A stretch of 64,000 nt of DNA from positions 1 to 64,000 of the IMG/VR virus record IMGVR_UViG_3300020538_000003; one strand, 5' to 3'. Position 1 is the first letter of the stretch; every line of letters begins with the position of its first letter. The stretch is from a virus. The position numbers were made by a program, and so were the translations under genes. Of this stretch, positions 35,768-45,946 are shown piece by piece. Under the pieces are notes generated by a model, which searched no databases, had not been told where the DNA came from, and worked only from the letters and a program-made list of their open reading frames with translations.

Positions 35768-37305
35768 TGTGAAAAAATCATTGGAATGGAGTTATCTTCG
35801 TCATCTTCTTCAAGATGAACGTCTTCATTATTCATAGAACGAACAATGTCATTCAAGTCGCCTTTTTCTGTGATGCAGAAGTTTTCAAATTCAAGATTAA
35901 TGAAATTAGATTTTTTACTTCCATCTGGCATTTCAACTGGATTGATTGCTCTTAATGGATCTTTGCCAAGATGCCTTGCTTTAAGATTGACTAATTTGTG
36001 AGAGCCAAATCTATTTCCCTCAGAATGAATTTCCTCAGCAATCTTTTTGCGCAACAAGAAAAGATGTGAGCAAAATTGAGTAATTCCATCAGAGAGAGAT
36101 ACGACACTTTCATCATCAACAATTGAATCTGCACTCCTGTTATTTGTAATTCCAAGTCTATTTGATTGAACAGATGTGATCATTGAAACACATGGTTTTC
36201 CATCAAAACAAAGATCTCTGTGGATAGTTTGTTTAAACTTATGAACCATATATGAAACTTGTTGCCAACCATCAACTTTTCCAATAGATCCGAAATCACT
36301 TTTGATATAATCAAAACTAAAAATCAATGGATTACCTCTACCTATCTTAGAATAATAAAATCTTTTCAAAAGAGATGCCATTTCATCTGGACTCATGCCA
36401 GCAACATTCTCGTAATAAAATTCCATATTCTTAATTGTTTTAAAAGTAGACCTCACTTTCGCCACAACCTGTTCAGGAGTCATTCCTTTATAAGAAGATG
36501 TTCTCCATTTACCTGTTTGCAAAAGCCAGACTGGTATTCCAGTCATTGCCGAACATTGACGAAAGATCAATTCTTCTTCACTCATTTCTCCATTGTCAAA
36601 ATGAAGAACTGGAACATCATGCGTTGCAGATACCTTTGTTGTGTAATCCATACAAAATTGCGTCTTACCAACTCCAGATCGAGCGACAATAACAGTTATG
36701 TTTCCAGGCAATAATAAAGATCCATACATATCGTTAATTTTATCGTGTGGACCCATAAGTCCAAATGTATCAACTGGATTGTTACCACGTTCTTCGACAA
36801 CCTCTTCCATAATCTCGAAAAGATTAATTGGGCCAGATTCATTTATTTCAAAATCTTTTATACTCTTATTGTAGATTTGGTCTGCCTTTTCTACAATTTC
36901 GCTATATTTTAAACTTGGATCTATATTCTTGACAAAAGATGCCACATCTTTGCATGTTGCATAAATTTCTCTTCTGGCTGTAAATTTCTTTAATTCACGA
37001 ACTGATGATTCAAAAACGTCTTCGCTAATTTTAAAAAAGGCAAGAGAATAAATGTATTCCGAAACATCTATACTATCTGGAAAACTAACCTTTAGTTGAT
37101 TTATTCTTTGAATCAAAATTGTTTCATCGATTAATTCAGCATTGTCCAATGCGTTTTTAAGCAACTTAAATATGGATATATTTACCTTAGAGCTTTCGGT
37201 ATAAAAATCATTGTCCTTTAAAAATGATGATACTTCAGCCCATTTTTTAGGATGTTGAATAATTCCGCTTAATACTTTTTTTTCTAATTCGTATGAAAAA
37301 ATCAT
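35764..37305 (-). CDS. dnaB: Replicative helicase
   Basis: ARSGVGKT, GEM, DYIK, QSNR, K.R. Confidence 0.88.
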   Translation of the reverse strand: MIFSYELEKKVLSGIIQHPKKWAEVSSFLKDNDFYTESSKVNISIFKLLKNALDNAELIDETILIQRINQLKVSFPDSIDVSEYIYSLAFFKISEDVFESSVRELKKFTARREIYATCKDVASFVKNIDPSLKYSEIVEKADQIYNKSIKDFEINESGPINLFEIMEEVVEERGNNPVDTFGLMGPHDKINDMYGSLLLPGNITVIVARSGVGKTQFCMDYTTKVSATHDVPVLHFDNGEMSEEELIFRQCSAMTGIPVWLLQTGKWRTSSYKGMTPEQVVAKVRSTFKTIKNMEFYYENVAGMSPDEMASLLKRFYYSKIGRGNPLIFSFDYIKSDFGSIGKVDGWQQVSYMVHKFKQTIHRDLCFDGKPCVSMITSVQSNRLGITNNRSADSIVDDESVVSLSDGITQFCSHLFLLRKKIAEEIHSEGNRFGSHKLVNLKARHLGKDPLRAINPVEMPDGSKKSNFINLEFENFCITEKGDLNDIVRSMNNEDVHLEEDDEDNSIPMIFSQ

Positions 37306-37526
37306 AGTGATATATTGTCTTCGTTGTCTTCAATAAAAAGTTCAATTGTTTTCTTAAGAGCCATGTTTACACACATGTTATCAAATTTATTTAAAATAGA
37401 TGGAATGCCATCTGAATTAACATAAGCAAGAATAAAGCCTTTCGTTCCAGATGATGATGTACCTGTAAGATCATAAAGTTTATGGACTATTGATTCTGGT
37501 AATGTAAATGGTTCATTTTCCTTCAT
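37302..37526 (-). CDS. Hypothetical protein
   Basis: ORF in replication operon. Confidence 0.65.
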   Translation of the reverse strand: MKENEPFTLPESIVHKLYDLTGTSSSGTKGFILAYVNSDGIPSILNKFDNMCVNMALKKTIELFIEDNEDNISL

Positions 37527-37930
37527 AAGATTTCTAAATTCTTTAAGAGTTCCTCGTCTAGTTTATCCGATTCCAATATTCTTACAAGCTTAATATTGTT
37601 GACATCGCAAAAAAGTTCCTTTTTTTCATCTCTTTGTAATTGGGCTAAAAAATTTTGTCTTGAATTTGAGTGAAAAAATTTATTAAATTTATAATGTTGA
37701 TTTCCGTCTACTTCAATAGCAATTTTTTTATTTGCATTATAAAAATCAATTGTTAATCTTGTGCTAATAACTGGCATTTCTTCAAAAACAATATCTGCAA
37801 TCCAGTATTTTTTTAATAAATCTTTAACTCTTTTTTGAATTTTACTTTTACATGTACTATTCCACTTTATTAAATAACGAGTTGAGTTTTTTAATTTTAC
37901 TGATTTACCTGATGTCGATAAAAATATCAT
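37523..37930 (-). CDS. DUF559/Vsr-like endonuclease
   Basis: DFY...AIEVDGNQH...RDEKK...C...I.LVRI. Confidence 0.85.
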   Translation of the reverse strand: MIFLSTSGKSVKLKNSTRYLIKWNSTCKSKIQKRVKDLLKKYWIADIVFEEMPVISTRLTIDFYNANKKIAIEVDGNQHYKFNKFFHSNSRQNFLAQLQRDEKKELFCDVNNIKLVRILESDKLDEELLKNLEIL

Positions 37931-39039
37931 TTTGATAGAAAATTATCTTTAACAAACTTTGCCAATGCAATTGTTACTTCTTCATTTTCTTCAAGAAAAT
38001 CGTAAATAGATTGCATTCCTTGAAATTTATCTTTAATTGATAAATTTTGTGATTCCAGATAAGTTTTAACTTCGGGGTCAATAGCAAACCAAGATCCAGA
38101 TTTTTCTACTAACCCCCACATTGTCATCATTTCGACAACCTCTCTCTCAACCCAAATAGACTTACCATTTGAGCGACCATGTTTAATGGGGTATTTTACC
38201 ACCTGACCAGTTGATTCATTTGTCGATTTGCAGATAAGAATTTTCGCCATATGGCCAAAAATTTTATTATCGACTCCAATTTGTTGATTTGGTTTTTCAA
38301 GAATTTTGTCTGATTTGTTTTGTTTTTGAAATTCAAGAATCCAATCTGGATAATGCAATAATGCATTCCCACCACTTGAGTTTGTTTGGTTATTTGGATC
38401 TCCTTTAGCATAAGGATTAATGTCAACCTTTGCTCTAACTTGAGAGATCATGATGCACATATGCCCAAATTTTGACATTCCAAGACTAACTCTTTTAAGA
38501 AAATCTGAACTCATTAATGCGCCAGCGGCAACTTTTGCAGCTTCACTTGTGGATTTTTCTAATTCTGCTTTTGGAAGTAAACCATCCATGCTATCTACAA
38601 CAATACAAAACTTTTCTTTATCTGGATTATTCCTAAGCAAACCTCTTAAAAAATCAAAAACAGTATCGTACACATTGCACTCAAACACCAAACATGTGCC
38701 GATAACCCATTCTTCAGCATTAAAAACAAAATTAAGACCAGATCTTTCACGGACATCTTTTGAAAGTCTGCCTTCTGCTTTAATGTAAAGACCTTTTGAA
38801 TCACCAACACTTTTTAACATATTAAGCATGACATGAAGAGCTTCATTTGTTTTGCCGCCTTCGTTTGCTCCAATAAATCTATGCATTCCACTTCCAAACC
38901 CCCCTCCAAGATAAGAGTCTAAAATCATACTACCACTTGAGACTAAATAGTCTTCTGCGGTATTTTCTAAATTATAATGAAATTCCTTGTTGCTTTTAAG
39001 GAATTCTTTCGTGTAGTCTATTGTGTTTATTTTACTCAT
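37927..39039 (-). CDS. RecA/UvsX-like recombinase
   Basis: SSGS..LD..LGGG, GANEGGKT, VVDS, ISQVR, SGGNAL, EKSGSWF. Confidence 0.88.
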   Translation of the reverse strand: MSKINTIDYTKEFLKSNKEFHYNLENTAEDYLVSSGSMILDSYLGGGFGSGMHRFIGANEGGKTNEALHVMLNMLKSVGDSKGLYIKAEGRLSKDVRERSGLNFVFNAEEWVIGTCLVFECNVYDTVFDFLRGLLRNNPDKEKFCIVVDSMDGLLPKAELEKSTSEAAKVAAGALMSSDFLKRVSLGMSKFGHMCIMISQVRAKVDINPYAKGDPNNQTNSSGGNALLHYPDWILEFQKQNKSDKILEKPNQQIGVDNKIFGHMAKILICKSTNESTGQVVKYPIKHGRSNGKSIWVEREVVEMMTMWGLVEKSGSWFAIDPEVKTYLESQNLSIKDKFQGMQSIYDFLEENEEVTIALAKFVKDNFLSK

Positions 39040-39412
39040 TATCTAAAAATTGTCTTATTGTTCTTTTTTTATTTTGTATAACATCATCTCCAACTTTCTC
39101 ACCCAAGTCTATTGCACTTTCAATTTTTTTAGGCTTATATTTAAATTCCTTATATTTTAAATCAAGAAATTTAACGCCATCTTTAGTAAGAAACCATTTT
39201 ATACTTGCCTCCATTTTAAATAATGGTTTAACCTTTGAAAGGAAATCAACATCATTGTCAAATCTTTCAAAGATTTGAGTGGCAATTTTCATATCTAAAG
39301 CAATATTGCTGGATTTTTTATTATCCAGCAATCTTTTAACAAATTCCTTTCTCTCCTTAAAAAAGGGTTTAGGAGCTTTTTTGGGCTTAGCTGTTTTTTT
39401 ACTTTGCGCCAT
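39032..39412 (-). CDS. Hypothetical protein
   Basis: Start moved to MAQSKK (39412). Confidence 0.65.
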   Translation of the reverse strand: MAQSKKTAKPKKAPKPFFKERKEFVKRLLDNKKSSNIALDMKIATQIFERFDNDVDFLSKVKPLFKMEASIKWFLTKDGVKFLDLKYKEFKYKPKKIESAIDLGEKVGDDVIQNKKRTIRQFLDNE

Positions 39413-40475
39413 TAAACTCTTTATAATAGAGATTAATGTCATTGTCAACCATTTTTCTAACCAATTTATCAAAAGACGTTTTGGGCATCCATTTTAATTC
39501 TTTCCGAGCTTTCGTGGAATCCCCTAAAAGCAAATCAACTTCTGCGGGGCGATAAAATTTTTGATCAATTTGAACTAATTTTAATTCTGGAACACCTGCA
39601 AAATCATTTAAGTAATTTGGCAGTAAATATAAAGTATCTAAGTTTTCGCCAACCCAAATACCATCAATGCCAGCAGCCTTAAAAGCTAACTCCACAAATT
39701 CTTTTATTGTGTGAGTTTCATTAGAGGATAGCACATATTCTTTAGGTTCGTCTTGATTTAACATTAACCATACACCCTCTACGAAATCTTCAGCATCGCT
39801 CCAATCTCTTTTAGAATCTAAATTACCAAGTCTGAGTGTTTCAAATGGAATTTGATTTTCAATAGCGTGTTTGATTCTAGCAACATTTTTTGTAATTTTG
39901 CGCGTTACAAATTCTTCGCCACGGCGAGTTCCTTCGTGGTTAAACAACCAACCCTGAATAGCATAAAGGTTATAAGACTCACGGTAAACTTTAACAAGAT
40001 GTCTTGCTGAGGCTTTAGATGCTCCATATGGACTTCTAGGGCGCAATGGATGTTCCTCCGTTTGAGGGGCAACTATTACGTCACCAAACTCTTCTGAAGA
40101 TCCAGCATTATAATAACGACATTGTGGGGCAAATTTTCTGATAGCTTCTAATTGATATAAAACTGCCATACAATTAGTATTCATATGATTTACTGGCATA
40201 GTCCAACTATTACCAACAAATGAATTTGCCGCAAAGTTAATAAAATAATCTGGATTTTCTTCTTGAATAACTCTGTCCACATTGGATTGGTCAGTTATAT
40301 CAAGATCAATTAATTTAAATCTTGAATTATTAATAAGATGTTCAATGTTTTGATGATTTTTAACGCTCAGTCTTCTAACTCCAGCAACAATAGTATGGTC
40401 TGTTTCTTTTAAAAGAAAATCGGCCATAAAACTTCCATCTTGTCCAGTTATTCCAGTTATTAATACTTTTTTCAT
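39399..40475 (-). CDS. gmd: GDP-mannose 4,6-dehydratase
   Basis: ITGITGQDGS, SFV, SSEEFG, PRSPYGASK, FNHE..RRGEEFVTRK, RPAEVDLLLGD; start MKKVL. Confidence 0.95.
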   Translation of the reverse strand: MKKVLITGITGQDGSFMADFLLKETDHTIVAGVRRLSVKNHQNIEHLINNSRFKLIDLDITDQSNVDRVIQEENPDYFINFAANSFVGNSWTMPVNHMNTNCMAVLYQLEAIRKFAPQCRYYNAGSSEEFGDVIVAPQTEEHPLRPRSPYGASKASARHLVKVYRESYNLYAIQGWLFNHEGTRRGEEFVTRKITKNVARIKHAIENQIPFETLRLGNLDSKRDWSDAEDFVEGVWLMLNQDEPKEYVLSSNETHTIKEFVELAFKAAGIDGIWVGENLDTLYLLPNYLNDFAGVPELKLVQIDQKFYRPAEVDLLLGDSTKARKELKWMPKTSFDKLVRKMVDNDINLYYKEFNGAK

Positions 40476-40492
40476 AAAAAAATAAACATTAT

Positions 40493-41251
40493 TTATTGAT
40501 TTGGATTTCCTCCAATATGTGTGCAATCAACATATTCTTGATTAAAAAATGCAAAATGATTTTCGCTTGATGTTAAATGTTTAAAGCCCCATCCAGATTG
40601 CAACTCTATATGCATATTTTTAATATGCTCATAATATTGACTAATAAATTTATATGCAAGCCATGCATCTCTAGTTCTAACTATATTTGGCTGAAAAGTA
40701 AAAGTTGATCCATATGGAGTTGATTTATCTGTTTGTATAAAATAAATATCTTTATCTATATTAACATCTTTATTTACTTCAGATATTTCATGATTAAATC
40801 TAAAACAAAGTAGATCTTTATTAAGGTTTAACTCTTTGATTGCATAATTAATATAATATTCTAAATCATATTTTTTTATATTTATAATCCAATCGTCCTC
40901 CAACCATAAGGAATATGGTTGAGAATGTAGTCTGTTATTGCTAAATGATTTTATTATATCTTGCGTATAACCAATCGCATGGCTTTCTTTATCATGACTC
41001 CAAGCACCAATTGTTTTATCAACTAAAAAATTAAATGACAAAAGAATCTTTTCCATCTGTTCAGCAATATGCTCTTCATTTGGAGAAACTTTAATATGAG
41101 CGTATTTAAAAAATAAATTTGGATTTATCTTTTTAAATAAATCCTCAATAGTCTTTTGATAAATTTCTTTATTACCAAAGTGACCTTTCGTAGTAGTAAA
41201 TAAAACTAAATTAATCATTGTTCTTTCATAGATATTTTTTATTAAACCCAC
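40493..41251 (-). CDS. GT-A-fold glycosyltransferase-like protein
   Basis: LWLEDDW, FTFQP, HIGG. Confidence 0.7.
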   Translation of the reverse strand: MGLIKNIYERTMINLVLFTTTKGHFGNKEIYQKTIEDLFKKINPNLFFKYAHIKVSPNEEHIAEQMEKILLSFNFLVDKTIGAWSHDKESHAIGYTQDIIKSFSNNRLHSQPYSLWLEDDWIINIKKYDLEYYINYAIKELNLNKDLLCFRFNHEISEVNKDVNIDKDIYFIQTDKSTPYGSTFTFQPNIVRTRDAWLAYKFISQYYEHIKNMHIELQSGWGFKHLTSSENHFAFFNQEYVDCTHIGGNPNQ

Positions 41252-42003
41252 CAGTTTAAAATATAATCTTCTCTTCCATCATAATTCGGAAAATCTAATT
41301 TGTCAATTGGATATTCATTTTTGTCTAATTTAAATAATGGATAATCTTTTCTTAAAAAAGAAATTTCTAAAGAATCTGGAAAATCTATATATCTTGGAGA
41401 GTGATTATTAGCATGAATATGAATAATATTATAATATTGGCAAATTTTTTTAAAGAATTCTTGTTTTATATGTTTATCTTTTTTTATGGATGAAATTGGT
41501 TCTTCTATGGTCCATTTTTCAGGAATCTCTTCAATAAGTCCATGAATTTCAATTGAAATTTGATCAAAGTGCTTGCTTATAAAATCAATATCATTATTAA
41601 TGACTTCATATTCATAACCTTCAATATCCATTTTTAAAATCATGTTTTTTTCATTTTCATGATTATTTTCTTTGATGTGATTTTTGATTAAACTTTTAAA
41701 TAAAAATTCTGACTTAAAAATAAAATTTGGATGATTTACTGGTGGATTATTTATTGATCCATCATACATATAAACATTTTTATTTTGATCAGCGCAATCT
41801 AAATCAAAACGCAATCCTTGTGGATCAGATCCAATACCATACGAATAAACTATATTTGACTTATCAAATAATTCTTGTAAAAAAACATAACTTCCATCTT
41901 TAAATCCTCCGTATCTTTTTTTAGTAAAATCACTTAGATATGGATATATTATTTTTTTTAAAAAATTATATTTATTTGGTTCTCTTGGATCAAAGAATAT
42001 CAT
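41242..42003 (-). CDS. FkbM-like SAM-dependent methyltransferase
   Basis: RYG...DG.Y, YSYGIG, LKMDIEGYE, QISIEIH, HANN. Confidence 0.85.
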   Translation of the reverse strand: MIFFDPREPNKYNFLKKIIYPYLSDFTKKRYGGFKDGSYVFLQELFDKSNIVYSYGIGSDPQGLRFDLDCADQNKNVYMYDGSINNPPVNHPNFIFKSEFLFKSLIKNHIKENNHENEKNMILKMDIEGYEYEVINNDIDFISKHFDQISIEIHGLIEEIPEKWTIEEPISSIKKDKHIKQEFFKKICQYYNIIHIHANNHSPRYIDFPDSLEISFLRKDYPLFKLDKNEYPIDKLDFPNYDGREDYILNWWV

Positions 42004-42754
42004 GAATTTTTGGAATTTCCGTGCATGTCATTTTATAGAATTCTTGATTAAATTCAAGTTGATTTTCTTTTTCGTTCCATTTATAAGAACAAATGCCATT
42101 ATATCTTTTGAGTTGATAATTAACTTTCGCTTTAAGAAATTCTGAATCTCCACACCAAGAATAATGTATTGGATTGCATATTTCTTTCGGTACTTCTAAA
42201 ATTGGAAGTTGTTTATAGTCTATTAATTCATTATTAATATTATATGCTATATCATTTTCATAATAAAAATGGCTTATTGTTTTTTTACCATTAGCATTAA
42301 CAGCAAATATTCTAGGAGGATTGAATCCTTCTATATATGTTTTTTCTGAAAAAACAAAATTTTTAAAATTTATTTTATATGTGCAAATATTTTGATTATT
42401 TTTAATAAAGTCAATTGTCTTATTTATTTCCTGTTCGGAATATATTTCATCTTGATCAAGTAACCATATATAATCTATATCATGGGTTAGTAAATGATTT
42501 AAAGGAGAATTCCTTGAGAAAGAATCATTAGATTGTTTTCCCAAACAAATATAATCAATAAAATCTCTATGCTCTGTCAATAATTGTATTGGAGTTTCTG
42601 TGTCATCAACATCCCAACCACATTCAGCATAATCTTGATATTTATAACTTGATACAGCAACACATGAGATTTCTTTAATATTTTTCCATGCAGCTAATAC
42701 TTTACTTGTATATTGCGGAAATCCATAAAAATTACAAAGAAGACCTATTTTCAT
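41990..42754 (-). CDS. GT2-like glycosyltransferase
   Basis: WLLDQDE DXD motif, HYSW. Confidence 0.7.
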   Translation of the reverse strand: MKIGLLCNFYGFPQYTSKVLAAWKNIKEISCVAVSSYKYQDYAECGWDVDDTETPIQLLTEHRDFIDYICLGKQSNDSFSRNSPLNHLLTHDIDYIWLLDQDEIYSEQEINKTIDFIKNNQNICTYKINFKNFVFSEKTYIEGFNPPRIFAVNANGKKTISHFYYENDIAYNINNELIDYKQLPILEVPKEICNPIHYSWCGDSEFLKAKVNYQLKRYNGICSYKWNEKENQLEFNQEFYKMTCTEIPKIHDIL

Positions 42755-42758
42755 ATTT

Positions 42759-43550
42759 TTAAATTGTTGGCCATAATGGTTGTGAAAAATTATGTTTGTA
42801 TTTATTTATTGAATTAAATTCATTTGGATCAATAAATATATCGTTTGCTTCTATTTTTTTGTTTTGAGATAAACTTTTTCTTTCACTCCAAATATCTTTC
42901 CAAAAATTTTTATTTAATTGCGATCTTCTGTTTAAGTCAAGGAATCCTAAATGAAATATTTTTATAGAATCATCTGTTGCATTCAAACAGCCTAAACAAT
43001 TAATTAAATTGCCATCTTTGTCTATTAATTCACATGTATCAGATTTTTCGGGATCAAATACTTCATTATTTATTTTAGAAAAATTTACAGCACCTCTATA
43101 GCAATCTTTTTTTGTATGAATATACCATTTTTGTCCTATATTTTTATAATGATCCAAATCAAAAAATAAATCAATACTTTTTAACATAAAACTACATGAT
43201 TTATTTTGACTTATTAAAATATTATATAAATTTATTAAAGAATTTTTGCTGCCAGAGACCCTTTCATCTAAATCTATTTGAAATACAATTTCATTTGAAC
43301 AATTTTGTAGACTATGATTTTTTAGAATTCCATCCCAATATAAATTATTAAAATCAATATCTACATCAACAATTTTTATTTTTTCAAAAAATTTATAATT
43401 TTTTATTTCTTGTTGTATATCTTCTAGGTCTTTAGTTACCGTACAAATAACTACTTCGTCAAAATAATAAAACCAGTTATCTAAAGCTTCAATTAATGAT
43501 AATTGAATATTTTTTAAATTAAAAACAGTTGTGTAAGCACTAATTTTCAT
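42759..43550 (-). CDS. GT2-like glycosyltransferase
   Basis: KISAYT..N, QIDLDE, FHLG. Confidence 0.75.
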   Translation of the reverse strand: MKISAYTTVFNLKNIQLSLIEALDNWFYYFDEVVICTVTKDLEDIQQEIKNYKFFEKIKIVDVDIDFNNLYWDGILKNHSLQNCSNEIVFQIDLDERVSGSKNSLINLYNILISQNKSCSFMLKSIDLFFDLDHYKNIGQKWYIHTKKDCYRGAVNFSKINNEVFDPEKSDTCELIDKDGNLINCLGCLNATDDSIKIFHLGFLDLNRRSQLNKNFWKDIWSERKSLSQNKKIEANDIFIDPNEFNSINKYKHNFSQPLWPTI

Positions 43551-44383
43551 ATTTTTATGATTAAAGAGAAGTCATGTTTGTCTATCTGATCTCTTGCGCC
43601 AAGAAATTCATATCTATACCAGTCGTTGAGTATTTTTTCACTATTAACAGATTCTTTTAAAATTTCTGTTAAGCCAATTGTTTTAATACATTCTTTTATT
43701 GAATTAAGGTCAAGTTGATTATAACCTAACCGCATAATTTCATTAAAAAATTTATATCTAATTTCATATCTTTGATTTATAAAATCAGCATCATGTTCAA
43801 AATGCAAAACTAAATGATTGCTTTGTGGAAACAAATAATATTTCATAAATGCATTAACCCAATGTAGAGATTCTCTTAATTTAGGGCGTAAATTTTCAAA
43901 ATATGAATCTTTCCAAAATTCTGTTTGAGTTAATTCAATAGGTTTTTGAGAACCTTTAATTCCTTCATGTGGATTTCCAACAAATTCATTATATTCATTA
44001 AATCTAAACATAAATCTTTTATTGTACAAATAAACTCCATCAATATCATTAATGTTTAATATTTTAATTAAATCTTTTAATGAGGATGTAAATTCTGGAG
44101 ATAGTTTTTCTAAAGTATCAATAACAACAAACCAATCTCCTATTCTCATCGGACCTTGAAACAAACAATGATTTCTACTGAAATGCAATCTATTGCACCA
44201 TTTTGTGTATATTATTTCTCCATCACCTTTTACTGATTCTAAATATTCAGAACCCTCATCTTTCGGATAATGAAATGTCCAAATTAATCCATCAAAATCA
44301 TCTTTAATTGGATCAATTAAAGATTTTAAATTTTCTAAATTTCCACTAGATGTTAATCCAGTGAGCCATAGTTTGTTTTGCAT
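43547..44383 (-). CDS. GT2-like glycosyltransferase
   Basis: D...EYL, FSRN, WFVVIDTLE, PHE. Confidence 0.6.
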   Translation of the reverse strand: MQNKLWLTGLTSSGNLENLKSLIDPIKDDFDGLIWTFHYPKDEGSEYLESVKGDGEIIYTKWCNRLHFSRNHCLFQGPMRIGDWFVVIDTLEKLSPEFTSSLKDLIKILNINDIDGVYLYNKRFMFRFNEYNEFVGNPHEGIKGSQKPIELTQTEFWKDSYFENLRPKLRESLHWVNAFMKYYLFPQSNHLVLHFEHDADFINQRYEIRYKFFNEIMRLGYNQLDLNSIKECIKTIGLTEILKESVNSEKILNDWYRYEFLGARDQIDKHDFSLIIKI

Positions 44384-44439
44384 TTGGACTATTTTATCAA
44401 ATAAAGTAAATGTTTTCTATTTTTTTTATTTAAAAAATT

Positions 44440-45207
44440 TTATTGCCAATAAGTAAAGCTATGTTTTTTTTCTTTTTCTGGTATTTGTCCATCAATCCAA
44501 CCATTATTTAGTACAAGCTCCCATTCTTCATCATTAAAATATGGAAAATCAAATTTTTCAGTTGGTTTTTTTATCATCCACAATTCTTTTGTATCTGTTC
44601 TGTGTTTCCACATACTTCCATCTGGATTACTTCTATGACTCCATTTGCCATTATTAAAAAATATTGGAATATTTGAATTAAAATAAACACTTTGGTAAGT
44701 TAATTTATTTTCAATGATATAATTTTGTATACATTCTTCGGTCCATTTAATTTTATGCCATGGCCCTGGACCTCCAATTGATTTTGGTATTGAATTATAA
44801 AATTCAACAGAAATAAATTGCGCTCTTTCAGAATATTTACCATGACATTGATCTCCCGCTAAATCAACATAAGAAAATCCTTTCTCTTCTATTAAATCAA
44901 TAAAAATTTCAATATGTTCATTATTTAGTTCTGCGGCTAAAATATGATCTGACTGAATATAAAAAGCATATTTACTTTGACATTGAGCAAATAATTGAAT
45001 TGTTCCTGCACCACACCCTACATTAACATCATTTAAAATTAACTTATTAATTAAACCTTGTTCTTTTAATTTTTTAGCATAATCTTGTCTTCCGCCATTT
45101 GAAAGAAAAGTTACAATATATGGAAATTTACTATATTGTTTAATGCTATTTAAGAGAAGGGTCGCCTCTTCTTCTCTTTCGTAATCTAAAATTAAATATT
45201 CTATCAT
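44440..45207 (-). CDS. GT2-like glycosyltransferase
   Basis: LLNSI, NVGCGAG, YIQSDH. Confidence 0.6.
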   Translation of the reverse strand: MIEYLILDYEREEEATLLLNSIKQYSKFPYIVTFLSNGGRQDYAKKLKEQGLINKLILNDVNVGCGAGTIQLFAQCQSKYAFYIQSDHILAAELNNEHIEIFIDLIEEKGFSYVDLAGDQCHGKYSERAQFISVEFYNSIPKSIGGPGPWHKIKWTEECIQNYIIENKLTYQSVYFNSNIPIFFNNGKWSHRSNPDGSMWKHRTDTKELWMIKKPTEKFDFPYFNDEEWELVLNNGWIDGQIPEKEKKHSFTYWQ

Positions 45208-45238
45208 AAAAAACCTCTGAGTTAAAAACCCAGAGGTT
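45208..45238 (-). terminator. Hairpin or terminator downstream of the Hsp20 gene
   Basis: AACCTCTGGGTT-TTT-AACTCAGAGGTT plus a T run. Confidence 0.6.
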
Positions 45239-45257
45239 CAAGTTTATTGAACAATGG

Positions 45258-45689
45258 TTACTTAACTTTTATAGTTATATCTCTTTTTTGTTCTTTTTCA
45301 AGAGGTATTTTAATAGAAAGTAAACCATTTTTATATGATGCGTCAATTGCATCTTTATCAACATTATCATGCAAAGTAAATTGCTTTTTAATGCTACGGC
45401 GAGATATTTTTTGATGATAAACCTCACCCTTGTTGGTTTTTTCTTTTGCTAATGCTTCAACTTTTAATGTTTGTCCAGAAACAAATACTTTGATGTCTTC
45501 TTGTTCTAGCCCAACTAGGGCGAATTCAAGAATAATATTTCCATCTTTATCCTTATAGATATCATAAGGATCAGAGGTCCAAATATCATTTTCATGATTT
45601 GTTTCAAGATAATTAAACATTTTCTTGAAAATATCCCCTTCAAAAATAAAGGGGGACGATAGGTTGTTGTATTTTAATGTCATAGTCAT
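45258..45689 (-). CDS. Small heat-shock protein (Hsp20)
   Basis: PYDIY, LEFALVG...DI, FTL, ASYKNGLLSIKIP. Confidence 0.9.
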   Translation of the reverse strand: MTMTLKYNNLSSPFIFEGDIFKKMFNYLETNHENDIWTSDPYDIYKDKDGNIILEFALVGLEQEDIKVFVSGQTLKVEALAKEKTNKGEVYHQKISRRSIKKQFTLHDNVDKDAIDASYKNGLLSIKIPLEKEQKRDITIKVK

Positions 45690-45749
45690 ACTACTTTTTA
45701 GTTAGTTTGTTTTTTTAATGCATCCATTTAGGTATGCAGTAAAAATTTT

Positions 45750-45908
45750 TTATAAAAAGAGTTCTTTTTCAGTTTCTTGATCAAAGAATTCTTTTTTAAT
45801 TCTACCAATTATAAAATTCAAAGTTTCATCTTCTATTTTTTCTCCTTGGTTTTCGTCAAAAAAAACATTAGATTCTTTTACTTCAGAGTCTGTAGGTAGA
45901 AAAATCAT
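45750..45908 (-). CDS. 52-aa acidic hypothetical protein
   Basis: Manually found ORF between nrdA and the Hsp20 gene. Confidence 0.4.
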   Translation of the reverse strand: MIFLPTDSEVKESNVFFDENQGEKIEDETLNFIIGRIKKEFFDQETEKELFL

Positions 45909-45946
45909 TGCTTATGTATATACAAGCAAAAATTAATTTTGGGAAA

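Noticed and set aside
45718-45740. Hairpin TGCATCCATTTAGGTATGCA upstream of the Hsp20 gene as an RNA thermometer
   Set aside because: It does not cover a ribosome-binding site or start codon, and is too weak to call
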